From assembly GCA_964016885.1 (NCBI GenBank), contig OZ024740.1, positions 53,444,001 to 53,508,000 of the forward strand: a stretch of 64,000 nt of DNA, read 5' to 3'. Source of the stretch: Eledone cirrhosa. Lineage: Eukaryota. Made by a program: the position numbers and the translations under genes. Below are positions 12,110 through 26,465 of the stretch, piece after piece; position 1 is the stretch's first letter, and each line of letters begins with the position of its first letter. Below the pieces are notes generated by a model. That model saw only the letters and a program-made list of their open reading frames with translations. It had not been told where the DNA came from and did not search any database.

Positions 12110-15100
12110 AATATAGACATAGAATATTCGAAAATATTCTGTATGTTTATAATAAACATTTTGAAGACCTAATCGCTATAGAATAGAATACGTCACGTAT
12201 TACAATTAGATTCTCGACAAAAGCAAGGGAAGTAATCTACGCGTTTCATTCTTGTTAGAAATCATCAGGACTACATATCCAGTGCTTTTATCGAGAATGA
12301 CACAGCTAGAGACTTATAGAATACTTAGCTGTGTACAGGAACTGGTTTGAAAGAGCGGTTGCCGGTCCGGCAGAAATTAGAAATTGGAATAAATGCTCTG
12401 AAATAGCGATATATATGTGAATATAGACATAGAATATTCGAAAATATTCTGTATGTTTATAATAAACATTTTGAAGACCTAATCGCTATAGAATAGAATA
12501 CGTCACGTATTACAATTAGATTCTCGACAAAAGCAAGGGAAGTAATCTACGCGTTTCATTCTTGTTAGAAATCATCAGGACTACATATCCAGTGCTTTTA
12601 TCGAGAATGACACAGCTAGAGACTTATAGAATACTTAGCTGTGTACAGGAACTGGTTTGAAAGAGCGGTTGCCGGTCCGGCAGAAATTAGAAATTGGAAT
12701 AAATGCTCTGAAATAGCGATATATATGTGAATATAGACATAGAATATTCGAAAATATTCTGTATGTTTATAATAAACATTTTGAAGACCTAATCGCTATA
12801 GAATAGAATACGTCACGTATTACAATTAGATTCTCGACAAAAGCAAGGGAAGTAATCTACGCGTTTCATTCTTGTTAGAAATCATCAGGACTACATATCC
12901 AGTGCTTTTATCGAGAATGACACAGCTAGAGACTTATAGAATACTTAGCTGTGTACAGGAACTGGTTTGAAAGAGCGGTTGCCGGTCCGGCAGAAATTAG
13001 AAATTGGAATAAATGCTCTGAAATAGCGATATATATGTGAATATAGACATAGAATATTCGAAAATATTCTGTATGTTTATAATAAACATTTTGAAGACCT
13101 AATCGCTATAGAATAGAATACGTCACGTATTACAATTAGATTCTCGACAAAAGCAAGGGAAGTAATCTACGCGTTTCATTCTTGTTAGAAATCATCAGGA
13201 CTACATATCCAGTGCTTTTATCGAGAATGACACAGCTAGAGACTTATAGAATACTTAGCTGTGTACAGGAACTGGTTTGAAAGAGCGGTTGCCGGTCCGG
13301 CAGAAATTAGAAATTGGAATAAATGCTCTGAAATAGCGATATATATGTGAATATAGACATAGAATATTCGAAAATATTCTGTATGTTTATAATAAACATT
13401 TTGAAGACCTAATCGCTATAGAATAGAATACGTCACGTATTACAATTAGATTCTCGACAAAAGCAAGGGAAGTAATCTACGCGTTTCATTCTTGTTAGAA
13501 ATCATCAGGACTACATATCCAGTGCTTTTATCGAGAATGACACAGCTAGAGACTTATAGAATACTTAGCTGTGTACAGGAACTGGTTTGAAAGAGCGGTT
13601 GCCGGTCCGGCAGAAATTAGAAATTGGAATAAATGCTCTGAAATAGCGATATATATGTGAATATAGACATAGAATATTCGAAAATATTCTGTATGTTTAT
13701 AATAAACATTTTGAAGACCTAATCGCTATAGAATAGAATACGTCACGTATTACAATTAGATTCTCGACAAAAGCAAGGGAAGTAATCTACGCGTTTCATT
13801 CTTGTTAGAAATCATCAGGACTACATATCCAGTGCTTTTATCGAGAATGACACAGCTAGAGACTTATAGAATACTTAGCTGTGTACAGGAACTGGTTTGA
13901 AAGAGCGGTTGCCGGTCCGGCAGAAATTAGAAATTGGAATAAATGCTCTGAAATAGCGATATATATGTGAATATAGACATAGAATATTCGAAAATATTCT
14001 GTATGTTTATAATAAACATTTTGAAGACCTAATCGCTATAGAATAGAATACGTCACGTATTACAATTAGATTCTCGACAAAAGCAAGGGAAGTAATCTAC
14101 GCGTTTCATTCTTGTTAGAAATCATCAGGACTACATATCCAGTGCTTTTATCGAGAATGACACAGCTAGAGACTTATAGAATACTTAGCTGTGTACAGGA
14201 ACTGGTTTGAAAGAGCGGTTGCCGGTCCGGCAGAAATTAGAAATTGGAATAAATGCTCTGAAATAGCGATATATATGTGAATATAGACATAGAATATTCG
14301 AAAATATTCTGTATGTTTATAATAAACATTTTGAAGACCTAATCGCTATAGAATAGAATACGTCACGTATTACAATTAGATTCTCGACAAAAGCAAGGGA
14401 AGTAATCTACGCGTTTCATTCTTGTTAGAAATCATCAGGACTACATATCCAGTGCTTTTATCGAGAATGACACAGCTAGAGACTTATAGAATACTTAGCT
14501 GTGTACAGGAACTGGTTTGAAAGAGCGGTTGCCGGTCCGGCAGAAATTAGAAATTGGAATAAATGCTCTGAAATAGCGATATATATGTGAATATAGACAT
14601 AGAATATTCGAAAATATTCTGTATGTTTATAATAAACATTTTGAAGACCTAATCGCTATAGAATAGAATACGTCACGTATTACAATTAGATTCTCGACAA
14701 AAGCAAGGGAAGTAATCTACGCGTTTCATTCTTGTTAGAAATCATCAGGACTACATATCCAGTGCTTTTATCGAGAATGACACAGCTAGAGACTTATAGA
14801 ATACTTAGCTGTGTACAGGAACTGGTTTGAAAGAGCGGTTGCCGGTCCGGCAGAAATTAGAAATTGGAATAAATGCTCTGAAATAGCGATATATATGTGA
14901 ATATAGACATAGAATATTCGAAAATATTCTGTATGTTTATAATAAACATTTTGAAGACCTAATCGCTATAGAATAGAATACGTCACGTATTACAATTAGA
15001 TTCTCGACAAAAGCAAGGGAAGTAATCTACGCGTTTCATTCTTGTTAGAAATCATCAGGACTACATATCCAGTGCTTTTATCGAGAATGACACAGCTAGA

Positions 15101-16389
15101 GACTTATAGAATACTTAGCTGTGTACAGGAACTGGTTTGAAAGAGCGGTTGCCGGTCCGGCAGAAATTAGAAATTGGAATAAATGCTCTGAAATAGCGAT
15201 ATATATGTGAATATAGACATAGAATATTCGAAAATATTCTGTATGTTTATAATAAACATTTTGAAGACCTAATCGCTATAGAATAGAATACGTCACGTAT
15301 TACAATTAGATTCTCGACAAAAGCAAGGGAAGTAATCTACGCGTTTCATTCTTGTTAGAAATCATCAGGACTACATATCCAGTGCTTTTATCGAGAATGA
15401 CACAGCTAGAGACTTATAGAATACTTAGCTGTGTACAGGAACTGGTTTGAAAGAGCGGTTGCCGGTCCGGCAGAAATTAGAAATTGGAATAAATGCTCTG
15501 AAATAGCGATATATATGTGAATATAGACATAGAATATTCGAAAATATTCTGTATGTTTATAATAAACATTTTGAAGACCTAATCGCTATAGAATAGAATA
15601 CGTCACGTATTACAATTAGATTCTCGACAAAAGCAAGGGAAGTAATCTACGCGTTTCATTCTTGTTAGAAATCATCAGGACTACATATCCAGTGCTTTTA
15701 TCGAGAATGACACAGCTAGAGACTTATAGAATACTTAGCTGTGTACAGGAACTGGTTTGAAAGAGCGGTTGCCGGTCCGGCAGAAATTAGAAATTGGAAT
15801 AAATGCTCTGAAATAGCGATATATATGTGAATATAGACATAGAATATTCGAAAATATTCTGTATGTTTATAATAAACATTTTGAAGACCTAATCGCTATA
15901 GAATAGAATACGTCACGTATTACAATTAGATTCTCGACAAAAGCAAGGGAAGTAATCTACGCGTTTCATTCTTGTTAGAAATCATCAGGACTACATATCC
16001 AGTGCTTTTATCGAGAATGACACAGCTAGAGACTTATAGAATACTTAGCTGTGTACAGGAACTGGTTTGAAAGAGCGGTTGCCGGTCCGGCAGAAATTAG
16101 AAATTGGAATAAATGCTCTGAAATAGCGATATATATGTGAATATAGACATAGAATATTCGAAAATATTCTGTATGTTTATAATAAACATTTTGAAGACCT
16201 AATCGCTATAGAATAGAATACGTCACGTATTACAATTAGATTCTCGACAAAAGCAAGGGAAGTAATCTACGCGTTTCATTCTTGTTAGAAATCATCAGGA
16301 CTACATATCCAGTGCTTTTATCGAGAATGACACAGCTAGAGACTTATAGAATACTTAGCTGTGTACAGGAACTGGTTTGAAAGAGCGGT
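12101..16389 (-). repeat. 310-bp tandem array (~13.8 copies), one minimal hammerhead ribozyme per unit; retrozyme/pLTR-like
   Basis: Exact 310-bp period (12101, 12411, 12721 ...); no differences between units seen by eye; no ORF; 14 HHR copies at 12232+310n. Confidence 0.92.
12232..12274 (-). ncRNA. Minimal type I hammerhead ribozyme (first of 14; last at 16262-16304)
   Basis: Minus: gtagtc-CTGATGA-t-ttct(aaca)agaa-t-GAAAC-gc-GTA-gattac; 6-bp stem I, 4-bp stem II, palindromic stem III acgcgt. Confidence 0.9.
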
Positions 16390-16514
16390 ATGTATGTATA
16401 TGTGTGTGTGTGTATGTGTGGAGGGGGTGTCCATTACATTTTAATCATTATACATGCATATATATATATATACATATATTTATTTATGTATATGCATATA
16501 TTTATAATATTTGA

Positions 16515-16554
<40 letters not shown>

Positions 16555-17257
16555 ATGGGGTGGGTTAATCCGTTCCCACAACAGGGTTCGAAAGAGACTC
16601 TCACCTCTGAGGGATGTGGTCTTGCACGCCTATCACAAGCTGTGATTCTAAGCCATAGCAGACGCCATATAAACCTCTGATTACGCCATGCAACTCGATT
16701 TTGCCTGTAGCATCTGTACGAATGTGTGTCACTTTGTAGATGGGCTAACACGGCACCGCAAAGCATGCCACGCCAATGAATTTCAAGCATGCGGTAAACA
16801 TTGTGCAGATATGTTATGTAAGTAACGTCCTAGCTTGATTAGCCATGTAGCACGACATCAGCGACAGCAACTTCAGTTGAACCTTTTTACCAATGTATAT
16901 TTCTTCGATGAAATGGTGGGACAACGACACAACCAGCTTCCCACAACGACGTGTTATCTTCGTTTTCCGTTCATTGCCAGGGAACGTCTTCACGAACCAA
17001 AGTATCGTCTTCTTGTTTTCCTTAGGCTGTAAAGATTTTCAAAATATTTATTTCTGCGTTCACAGATTGATTTTTTTTAGTTTCAGAAGATCCGTTAAGG
17101 GTGAAAGCTGCGATTCTTTGATTAAACTTTAATCTGTTATTTTAATAAACAATTGCTCTAGGGTTCTAATATATTTGATATATATTTACCCTTATCGAGT
17201 CCTCTTTGTATTTTAGTCTTCGCATTTATTATTATTACTATATATTACTATATATTA

Positions 17258-17326
<69 letters not shown>

Positions 17327-17512
17327 AACACACATACACGCACACACGCACACACACACACACTCGTACTCTCTCTCTCTTTCTCATTCTCTCTCACACA
17401 CGCACGCGCACATCTAACCATGGAGTTCTGTGTCCTTTTTTTGTATATTTATTTTAAAATATATTTCCGTTCGTTCTCTTGGTCTTTCTTTGTTAATTTT
17501 CTTATGATATTA

Positions 17513-17610
<98 letters not shown>

Positions 17611-17750
17611 TGATTAAGTATCATCATTAAGTTTATTCAGGTGTGACACGTGATTCGTGTTTGATCAGCTCAAGGTTTCACTGAATTGAGTGAGAATTGC
17701 TTTTTTTTTAATAGCTATACGCGGATATCTCCCGTCATTAACGTATCCAT

Positions 17751-17832
17751 GAGTCTGATGAGCTATTGACTCCTGAGTTGGTCCCGATACAGATTGAACC
17801 ATGAGCTGATCATTCGCGAAACGCGCGTCACA
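17751..17832 (+). ncRNA. Hammerhead-like motif, long stem II, weak stem I
   Basis: gagt-CTGATGA-gc...gc-GAAAC-gcgc-GTC-ac; related decayed copy on minus at ~59543-59632. Confidence 0.5.
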
Positions 17833-18124
17833 GAATGAACAAACTTGATATTTTGATACCAAGTTCCTACTTATTAATATTACACCCCTCTCTTGAAGAA
17901 AACCGACCATAGTATAACACCAAATGTATAACACCACATACTGAAACGCACACACCTACACATCGAGTAGTCAAGTTGGTGAACCAACAGTATCATAAGG
18001 TTACAATCAATTAAGTTATATATAAAGAGGGTGTCCTAAAATATCTGCAAACACTTTGATTACCTGTACAGGCAATATTTACTAGAAAGCTGTTGAAGTT
18101 TGTATACATTTTGTTATGGACACC

Positions 18125-18188
<64 letters not shown>

Positions 18189-18279
18189 CGTATTTCCGTC
18201 GGAAGGATAAAGGAAAGGAGAGTGCTCTATGTATGCTACAGAGCTATTTAATTATGTAATAAACAACATAAGACAATTA

Positions 18280-18352
18280 TTCCATTTACCAAAGGTTTCA
18301 CGAAGACAGACGAGCTCATCAGAGACGTCTGAAATCGCTCATCAGAATGAAA
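18280..18352 (-). ncRNA. Type I hammerhead ribozyme (same family as 2774)
   Basis: Minus: ttcatt-CTGATGA-gcga...tcgt-GAAAC-ctttg-GTA-aatgga; an inverted partial copy follows at 18365-18420. Confidence 0.7.
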
Positions 18353-18429
18353 TTTTAATCTTTAAATTTTCATTCTGATGAGCGATGTCAGACGTCTCTG
18401 TTGAGCTCGTCTGTCTTCGTTTTTATTTC

Positions 18430-18493
<64 letters not shown>

Positions 18494-18726
18494 TTCGTTC
18501 AGTGATTTACTGGTGGTGGTGCCAAAACTCGATGCACAGGAAGAGTATATATAATAAGCAAACGATAAAGTTTTGTTTACCTGCATTTAGTGTTTTATTG
18601 TTTATCGACCCGTTATGCGCGTTTCGCAGACAATTCGCTCAGTCACCCATAGAGTTTAAGCACCCGACTCCAGTATGAGTCTATTCCACATAACACTCGC
18701 GATTCAATATATATATATATATATAT

Positions 18727-18869
<143 letters not shown>

Positions 18870-19057
18870 AGTGGTTACACAACAGTTAGTTCACCATACC
18901 GAGAACAATTGTTTCACCTTGTTTCACTCTTAATCTGAGGATCCACTAAGGTGAGACAATTGTTCTCGGTATGGTGAACTAACTGTTGTGTAACCACTTC
19001 TACCTCACTCGTCCCATGGTCTGAGTGTTCTACCACTACGGATATTACCTTCCAGTG

Positions 19058-19094
<37 letters not shown>

Positions 19095-19287
19095 AAAAGG
19101 AAAGTGAGGTTCTATACAAAACAGTGGGTATAGAGAAAAGATGAGGTTGGAAATAGCACGGGAGATATGTTTAAGGGTCTGTTTTTCTTTCGTCAAAGTG
19201 ACATTATTGAAAAGATAGTGTTATTAAAAAAAAGAAGGACAATTCTTTTTTGAAAATATTTTTATGAAGTATATAAAGTGTATGAAA

Positions 19288-19330
19288 AAATTACCGGTTT
19301 CGATGTATTAAAATCCATCTTGTCAAATTC
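19288..19330 (-). ncRNA. Minimal hammerhead with U3:A8 core (TTGACAA), inverted and directly upstream of the Penelope ORF
   Basis: Minus: gaat-TTGACAA-gatg...catc-GAAAC-cg-GTA-attt. Confidence 0.7.
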
Positions 19331-19339
19331 AGTGAAAAA

Positions 19340-21350
19340 GGTTAATTAAAAGCAACACTGAAGACGAATCAATAGTCAGAAACAAAAGTGATTTCTGCCC
19401 ACAGAAAGGGAGGAACACAACACTGGACACCTACTGCGAACGCACCATCAATTTTCCCTATGAACAAATCACAAATAAACACACGAAATCGAACATCTCC
19501 AAACACGAATGGAAAGAATTATTCAAACTGCGAAACAACACTGAAATAACCATCGAAGAAGCTGATAAGGGAGCACTGTAGTCATTATGGACACTGACTA
19601 CTATAGAGACCTGGCACTCAAAATCTTAGACGGCGACAGAAACTACGAAAAAACAGCAAACTACAAACTAGAACTATGGGGAACCTCCTAGCATTACTGC
19701 AAAAATACCGCAGTAGCCTAACCACAAAGGAATTTGAATACACAAGCCATTTCAAATGTAATACAAGTGCTTTCTACGGCTTACCGAAGATACATAAATG
19801 TAAACCCATAAGCAATGCATGCGACACCTCAACTAACAAATACATACATACACCAGAAGACTTAACACTCAGACCAATTATAGCAGGCTCTGCATGTGAA
19901 AACCACAGACTTAGCAACTTCCTGGACATCATACTGCAGTCCCTTCTAAAACATATACAGTGCTATATACGAGATGACCTGGATATGCTGAACCACTTAC
20001 CCAAAACAGTAAGTGAAAACACTATTCTAGTCTCCTATGACGTACACTAACATAGCCCATAACTATGGAATAACAGCAATCCAGTTTGGGCTAGACACTC
20101 TCCAATCAGAAATATCAACACGCATCAACAAAAACTCATTATTGATGGACTCCGATTTATCTTATAGAATAATTTCTTTACTTTCAATAATTCAGCATAC
20201 CGGCAAATCTCAGGAACTGCAATGGGCACAAAGGTAGCCCCACATACGCCAACTTAGTCATGGGATTCCATGAACAACAAATCTACAACCAATCCCTTCT
20301 ATTATTCGAAGACTCTTTCCTTACCCATCTCAAAAACAACTGGAAGAGATATCTCGACGATTGCTTCATTCTATGTCAGGAAGACACAAATACACTCACT
20401 CTTTTCAAGAATATGATTAACCACATTAACAATAATATACAGTTCGCAATGGAATCTAACTCCAAGGAATTAGCCTTCTTGGATATTCTCATTCTAAAAA
20501 CAGATGGAAAAATAGAGACAGACATCTATTACAAACCCACGGACTCCAAATCACCCAACACATACAAAACTTAACATCCCTTTCAATTTAGCCAAACGTA
20601 TATGCACCATAGTATCAGACCCAGCTAAACGGGAACAATGACTAAATGAACTCAAAAACACACTCACCTTTAGAGCCTTCCCACTTAACATAATTAATAA
20701 CGGTATAGATAAAGCAAAACACGCAAATGTTCATCAACCCAACAACCCAAAACACAGCAGCGCAAACAATACCTTACCATATGCATCCACGTTCAATCCC
20801 AGAAACACCGACATATTCGACCTCCTACGCAAAAACCTCCCTATTTAAAGATGAAAAAAAATGAAAAAAATTCTAGAAACACACAAGATCATCAAAAGGC
20901 AACCAAAATCACTAAAACACATCCTCACAGGAACAAAGCCACACGAACCTATCTCCAACTTTACGGTAACAAAATGCGGAAGAACGAACTGAAGGGCAAA
21001 AATTCACGTTCAAAGTTGGCCAAACTTTCACAGTGAAAAACAACTTCACTTGCAACTCGGAGAACCTAATCTATGTAATCACATGCGGTGGTTGTCAACA
21101 TAACTATATAGGACAGACGGGTTGGTCATTACGCAAAAGAATGACCATGCATCGCCAACAAATCCGAGACGTAAACACAAGAAAAATCTCCTTTAGCAGC
21201 CACATTGCAGATTGTGCAGGAAAGAATCTCCCCCTCCCCAACTTTAAAATCTTCCCCCTTTACAAGTGCTCCGATCCTTTCACCCAACAGCAAAGAATAA
21301 ATAAGGAAAAACTATTTATAAATAAATTTAAACCAAAACTAAATATGTAA
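19340..21350 (+). mobile_element. Decayed Penelope-like retroelement (reverse transcriptase + GIY-YIG endonuclease), probably Neptune-type
   Basis: Frameshifted ORF pieces: ADKG, FYGLPKIHK, LRPII, SYDV, GTAMG, WKRYLDD, LAFLD, DIYYKPTD; C-terminal FTCNSENLIYVITCGGCQHNYIGQT..RMTMH. Confidence 0.92.
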
Positions 21351-21460
21351 TCACCCTCATTAGCCCCCCCCCCCCACACACACACGCGGACTGAATTTTT
21401 TTCTAATTTTTAAACAGTTGGATTCTGAGAACCCTTTGGCTCTAAGCCTTTAACTTTTGG

Positions 21461-22215
21461 CAATTTTCGGAATTTTGTGGAAAAAAATGTTACTTAATTC
21501 CCTCTGTGTGTATATATTTATCTATTTACTCATTTATTTATATATATATATACACGCACACTGTGTATCGTATTTTTAAAAAAATTTTATGATCTTTTAA
21601 AAATTTCTCTTTAATAATGGTTTTTTGGAGAGAGAGTTTTTTAAAGGCTCCTTTTGAAAGGTATTTTTTGAAATTTTTTGGAAGAGTTCTCTTAACTCTC
21701 TTAACTTCTTTAATTTTTTTATTTTTGGATTCTGCGAATTCTTTGGATTTCAGCTCTTAACTTTTGCCAATTTTCTGAATTTTGGAGAGAGAAGAATTTT
21801 TACTTTGTTCCCCTCTACAAAAGTAACTTTAACAGACAAACTGTAAAAACACACACAATTTTCGGAATTTTGTAGAAAAAATGTTACTTAATTCCCTCGG
21901 TGTATATATTTATTTATTTACTCATTCATTTTTATATATACACGCACTGTCTCGTTTTTTGAAAAGATTTTTTAAGATCATTTAAACATTTCTTCTAAAG
22001 AATGATTTTTTGGAGAGAAAGGCTTCTTAAGGTTTCTCTTGAAAGGTATTTTTTGAAGTTTTTGGAAGAGTTCTCTTGACTCTCTTAACTTTAATTTTTG
22101 GATTCTGCGAATTCTTTGGATTGCCAATTTTCTGAATTTTGGAGAGAAAAAAACTTTTTCTTAATTCTCCTCAACAAAATTAACATTAACAGACAAACTG
22201 TAAAAACAGACACAC
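21461..22215. repeat. ~395-bp diverged direct repeat downstream of the Penelope ORF
   Basis: caattttcggaattttgt..ttaattccctc at 21461 and 21856, with colinear similarity downstream. Confidence 0.65.
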
Positions 22216-22344
22216 ACAACAACCCCACACATATATACGCACACATATTTATGCATACATATAAGCACACACTCACATGTGTGTACTCTTATGTGTGTGT
22301 GTATGTGGATGGGGGGTATGTACACATCCCAACCTACCAGAGAG

Positions 22345-24530
22345 GTGGAGATGCCGTAGCCTGAGCGCATCTCTGCGCATCATCAGCCACGGCAGGCCCA
22401 GCCCTCCGCGTAGCGGGTGTTGACAGCAGATGGACCACCTGACCATCGGAACGCGTCCCTTCCACAAAAAGCGAAAGAGCAAACGCTCCAGCGCAGTCAG
22501 GCGAGGCTTAGGACAAGGCACGACGATCAGGCGGTAGTAGATGACGGCGCGATGTTCGCATTCGCCACCTCCACTCGACCTTTCAGCGATAGCTTCCTCT
22601 CGACCCATTTCTGGGTGAGAGAAAACACCTTGCTCGTGACCTCCTTCCAGTTTTTGTCCGTCTGGAGGTCCGGACCGAACCAGACCCCTAGCAATTTAAC
22701 CGGTCCGTCCGTCCAGCACCCGACGACGCTGTTGAGCGGCATGGACCTGCCTCTCCAGGTGCAGAGTTGCAGGCCTACTGATTTTTCCTGGTTGATCATT
22801 GCTCCTGTCACTACCTCGTATTCTCTTAGTGTGGTGCCGATTGCCTCGATGTGTTTGGTGTTCGACACCACTACGGTGATGTCGTCTGTATAAGCTGACA
22901 CTGTTCTTCCGCATCCTAGTTCACGTGTAATCCCCCTCAACGCCTCCAGTTTGTGCAGTAATTGCTCAAGAGTCAATAAGTACAACAAGGACGAGAGAGG
23001 ACATCCTTGGCGGATCGAGCGCGTGATGTTGAACGGTTCCGAAAGGTGACCGTTCACTCTCACCACAGAGCAGATGTCGCTGTGCATGGCAGCAATCCAG
23101 CCTCTGAAAACAGGCCCAAAGCCAGCTGCTCTTAGGACAGCTGCCAGATAACGATGTTTGACCCTATCGAAAGCTTTTGACTGATCTATATTGATCAAAG
23201 ACCCACCCATGCCAGGTTCCCTAGCTACCCTCTCTACGATGTACCACATGAGGTGGAGGTTGTCGTGGATGGATCTGTCTGGAATGGCACATGTTTGCGC
23301 CTCTCCCACCAGACAACCAACGACAAGTACCAACCTTTTTGCTAGCACCTTAGCCAAAATCTTTAAGTCTGTGTTTAGCAGAGTTATGGACCTGAAATCT
23401 TCTATGTTATCCCCCTTGTTCGGATCCTTTCTCAGCAGCGCCCCCTCGGCTCACATAGCTGGGGATTCTCCCGTTCTGCTGCCAGTTGCAGTAGACGTCT
23501 GCCAAGAGGTCTTAGAACAAGTCTGGCATATGTATGTAAATTCGTAGGGCAGACCATCCAAACCGGGCGATTTACCCATTGTGCAGATTGTCATTGCCTC
23601 TCGTACTTCAGCAGCTGTTATTGGCCTTTCGCAACACTCCACCTCAGTGGCCGAGAGCCGCGGCAGTCCGTCGAGGTAGGCACTGAAGTCCATTCCGCGA
23701 TGCGGCTCGCCATTGCCCCAGAATAGCTGAGCAAAGTGCTGCTGAAAAGCCGCACACATCTGCCAGGGATCGAGTATCATGTGCCCGTCGTGGTTCGCCA
23801 AAGACCGGATCGTGGCTTTGTTGCCACAACGCGCCTCCGCCACCCGGGCCCATTGAACGGCTTTTGTCCACTCGTGTCTGAGAGCACGCACCCTAGCTCT
23901 GACAACGCAACCTTCGTGCTTAGCGTTGAAAAATTGGTCGAGAGCCAATTTCGCCGCAAGCACGTCGGTCACGATGCTTTTACTAAGCGCCTCGTCAAAT
24001 TTCTTAACTAGATTTCCTTCTGCTCTATTTTTCTCTATTACTAGCGCTTTACTAAACCTAATGGATTCTATTCTAATCGCTCTTTTCAGGGAAAACCACC
24101 ATTTGTTGTTGACGATGACCCTTGTCAACGCCCGCTTAACTAATTCGCTGATCTGGTCTCTGTAAGCTTTGCGCGCTGTTAACGACGCGTTTAGTTTCTA
24201 GTAGCCGGATCCCTGTCTATGAAGCCTATCTAAGTCAACCACACAGATCACGAATTTGTGGTCCGTGTAGCTGACTATCTTGAATTGTGGACAGCCTATG
24301 CTAGACCTATCTATTTCCCTACAAAATACTCTATCTGGATATGATTTGGATGACCCGATACGGTTTGTCCAAGTCCACATTGGCACATTCGGGAAATCCA
24401 ATCGGTACCTGTCCTGACAGTTGAAAACGTCTGAGTAGGTTTGTGAGGCTTTTACACCCTCCTCCTCTATCCGCTAATCCCACACAATCCCAGCGTGCAT
24501 CTAAGATCCCGTTTCAGTCGCCCACTAACA
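22345..24530 (-). mobile_element. Truncated, frameshifted LINE of the L1/Tx1 group (APE endonuclease C-terminus + RT)
   Basis: WTWTN..SYPDRVF..SYTDHK; KSPGLDGLPYEF; DQSKAFDRV; IRQGCPLS; SAYTDD; LLGVWF; GGLGLP. Confidence 0.9.
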
Positions 24531-24554
24531 CTAGAGAGCGGGACATTCCAAGAA

Positions 24555-24626
<72 letters not shown>
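24555..24626. repeat. (AAT)n microsatellite
   Basis: Direct reading. Confidence 0.95.
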
Positions 24627-24627
<1 letters not shown>

Positions 24628-24676
24628 GCACTATTGGTAGCATGTACCATGCATACGCCTGTGTGTGTACATGCGT

Positions 24677-24723
<47 letters not shown>

Positions 24724-25711
24724 AAAAAACTATGTTATCTCAGATCGAGAGGATGCGAAAGTTTATTGAATACATATAGAAATGTGAAACTATTGCTAGA
24801 ACAGCCGTTAAAAGAGCCAAATGCTGTCAAAACAACGATAGGCACAAATAATACAGAGGATAGAGACTAGCTGCCAGTGGTCAACACAGAGACAATCCAC
24901 ATTGATGTGGGTGTCAGGAAGGTGGATAATGAAAAGACTGCAGGATGAGGAGGATGAGGAGAAGTGTGTTAGCCCAAAGAAGTGACTGGAAGGAGGAGGT
25001 ACAGAAAAGCGATGTACAAGACAAGTTTACACACACATCTTCACCCTCATCAGCTCTCAGACCTCCAAAACGGTTTCGCACGCTTTAACTGAGTGTACCA
25101 TTTAAAAGGCTCTATCGTGCAACAGAAAAATGTATGTGATAAAAGAAAAAGCACAGATGTAATGATGAAAGCACGCAAATAAAAGAAAATAATGGGATAA
25201 TGAAGCGTAAGCTGTGGCCTCTCTCCTAAATAGAAAGATAATCATAGCTATGATAAGGTTAAATGAAAAACAAATCTTGTGTCTGATCGAGACAAAGCGA
25301 GAGTGTATTTGAATACATATAAACATGAGAAAGCTCATCGCTAGAAAAGCCAAACGCTGTCAATGAGAGCTATGGGCAAATATGCCTCTTAGGACAGAGA
25401 CCAGTGTCCAGAGGTCAACAGAGAGGCAATCCACGAGATGCTGTATGTTTTATAACACACAAACAGCACCAGCAGAAAGATTTACGATCCAGTATATATA
25501 TATATATATATGAGTGTGTGCGTGTGTGTGTCTGTGTGTGTCTGTGTGTGGCTGTGTGTACGTGCGCATGTGTGTGTGTGCGTGTGTGTGTATGTATTTT
25601 TGTATGTATGTAATAAAGACCGATAAGTTTCAAAAGGTCGGGTACAATGCGGTATATATATGATTATTTCCTTCGATGAAACAGTTCTAGTCCTTTAGAG
25701 GGCATTTCTAT

Positions 25712-25813
<102 letters not shown>

Positions 25814-26209
25814 GATATATTATATATAACATACATATATATATTATATATACTAACAGAAAAACCACACTTCGGGTGGTTTTCTGCTAGCATGTGTAGT
25901 GTGTATATTGATATTATACGCAAGTATATATACATGTAGATATGATACATCAAATAAAATCGTAATTGACAATATGAATATTTATTTAAACGATCAGTAA
26001 CCGGAAGTGTTGACATTTGAAAATTTTAAAGAAGTGAATCTTTAAATAAGTAATAAACTATATTTAATGAACAGCCACGAAATTTAGTAGATAAATTATG
26101 TAATATTCATTCATTATTTATTCAAAGTAATCCAACTTATTTTACTAAAGGGATGAAAAATTATAAACCGTACGCTGTCCCGCTTCTTACTTTATTATAG
26201 TTAATATAT

Positions 26210-26364
<155 letters not shown>

Positions 26365-26370
26365 GTATAT

Positions 26371-26410
<40 letters not shown>

Positions 26411-26411
26411 T

Positions 26412-26458
<47 letters not shown>

Positions 26459-26465
26459 AAGAGAG

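Noticed and set aside
12101-16389. CRISPR array or rDNA/5S array interpretation
   Set aside because: Units are identical with no unique spacers, no cas genes, and no recognisable rRNA or snRNA sequence
16570-16625. GAAAgagactcTC..CTGAGGG hammerhead-like words
   Set aside because: Core order, spacing and stems are inconsistent with a hammerhead fold
18928-18968. CTGAGGA-tcc..ggt-GAGAC-aatt-GTT as an intact HHR
   Set aside because: GAAA is mutated and the 5' strand of stem I is missing; counted only as a remnant within a foldback
25030-25090. Minus-strand GAAAC...GTC...CTGATGA resembling a permuted (type II) hammerhead
   Set aside because: Only 6 nt between GTC and CTGATGA with no stem I, and no convincing stem II
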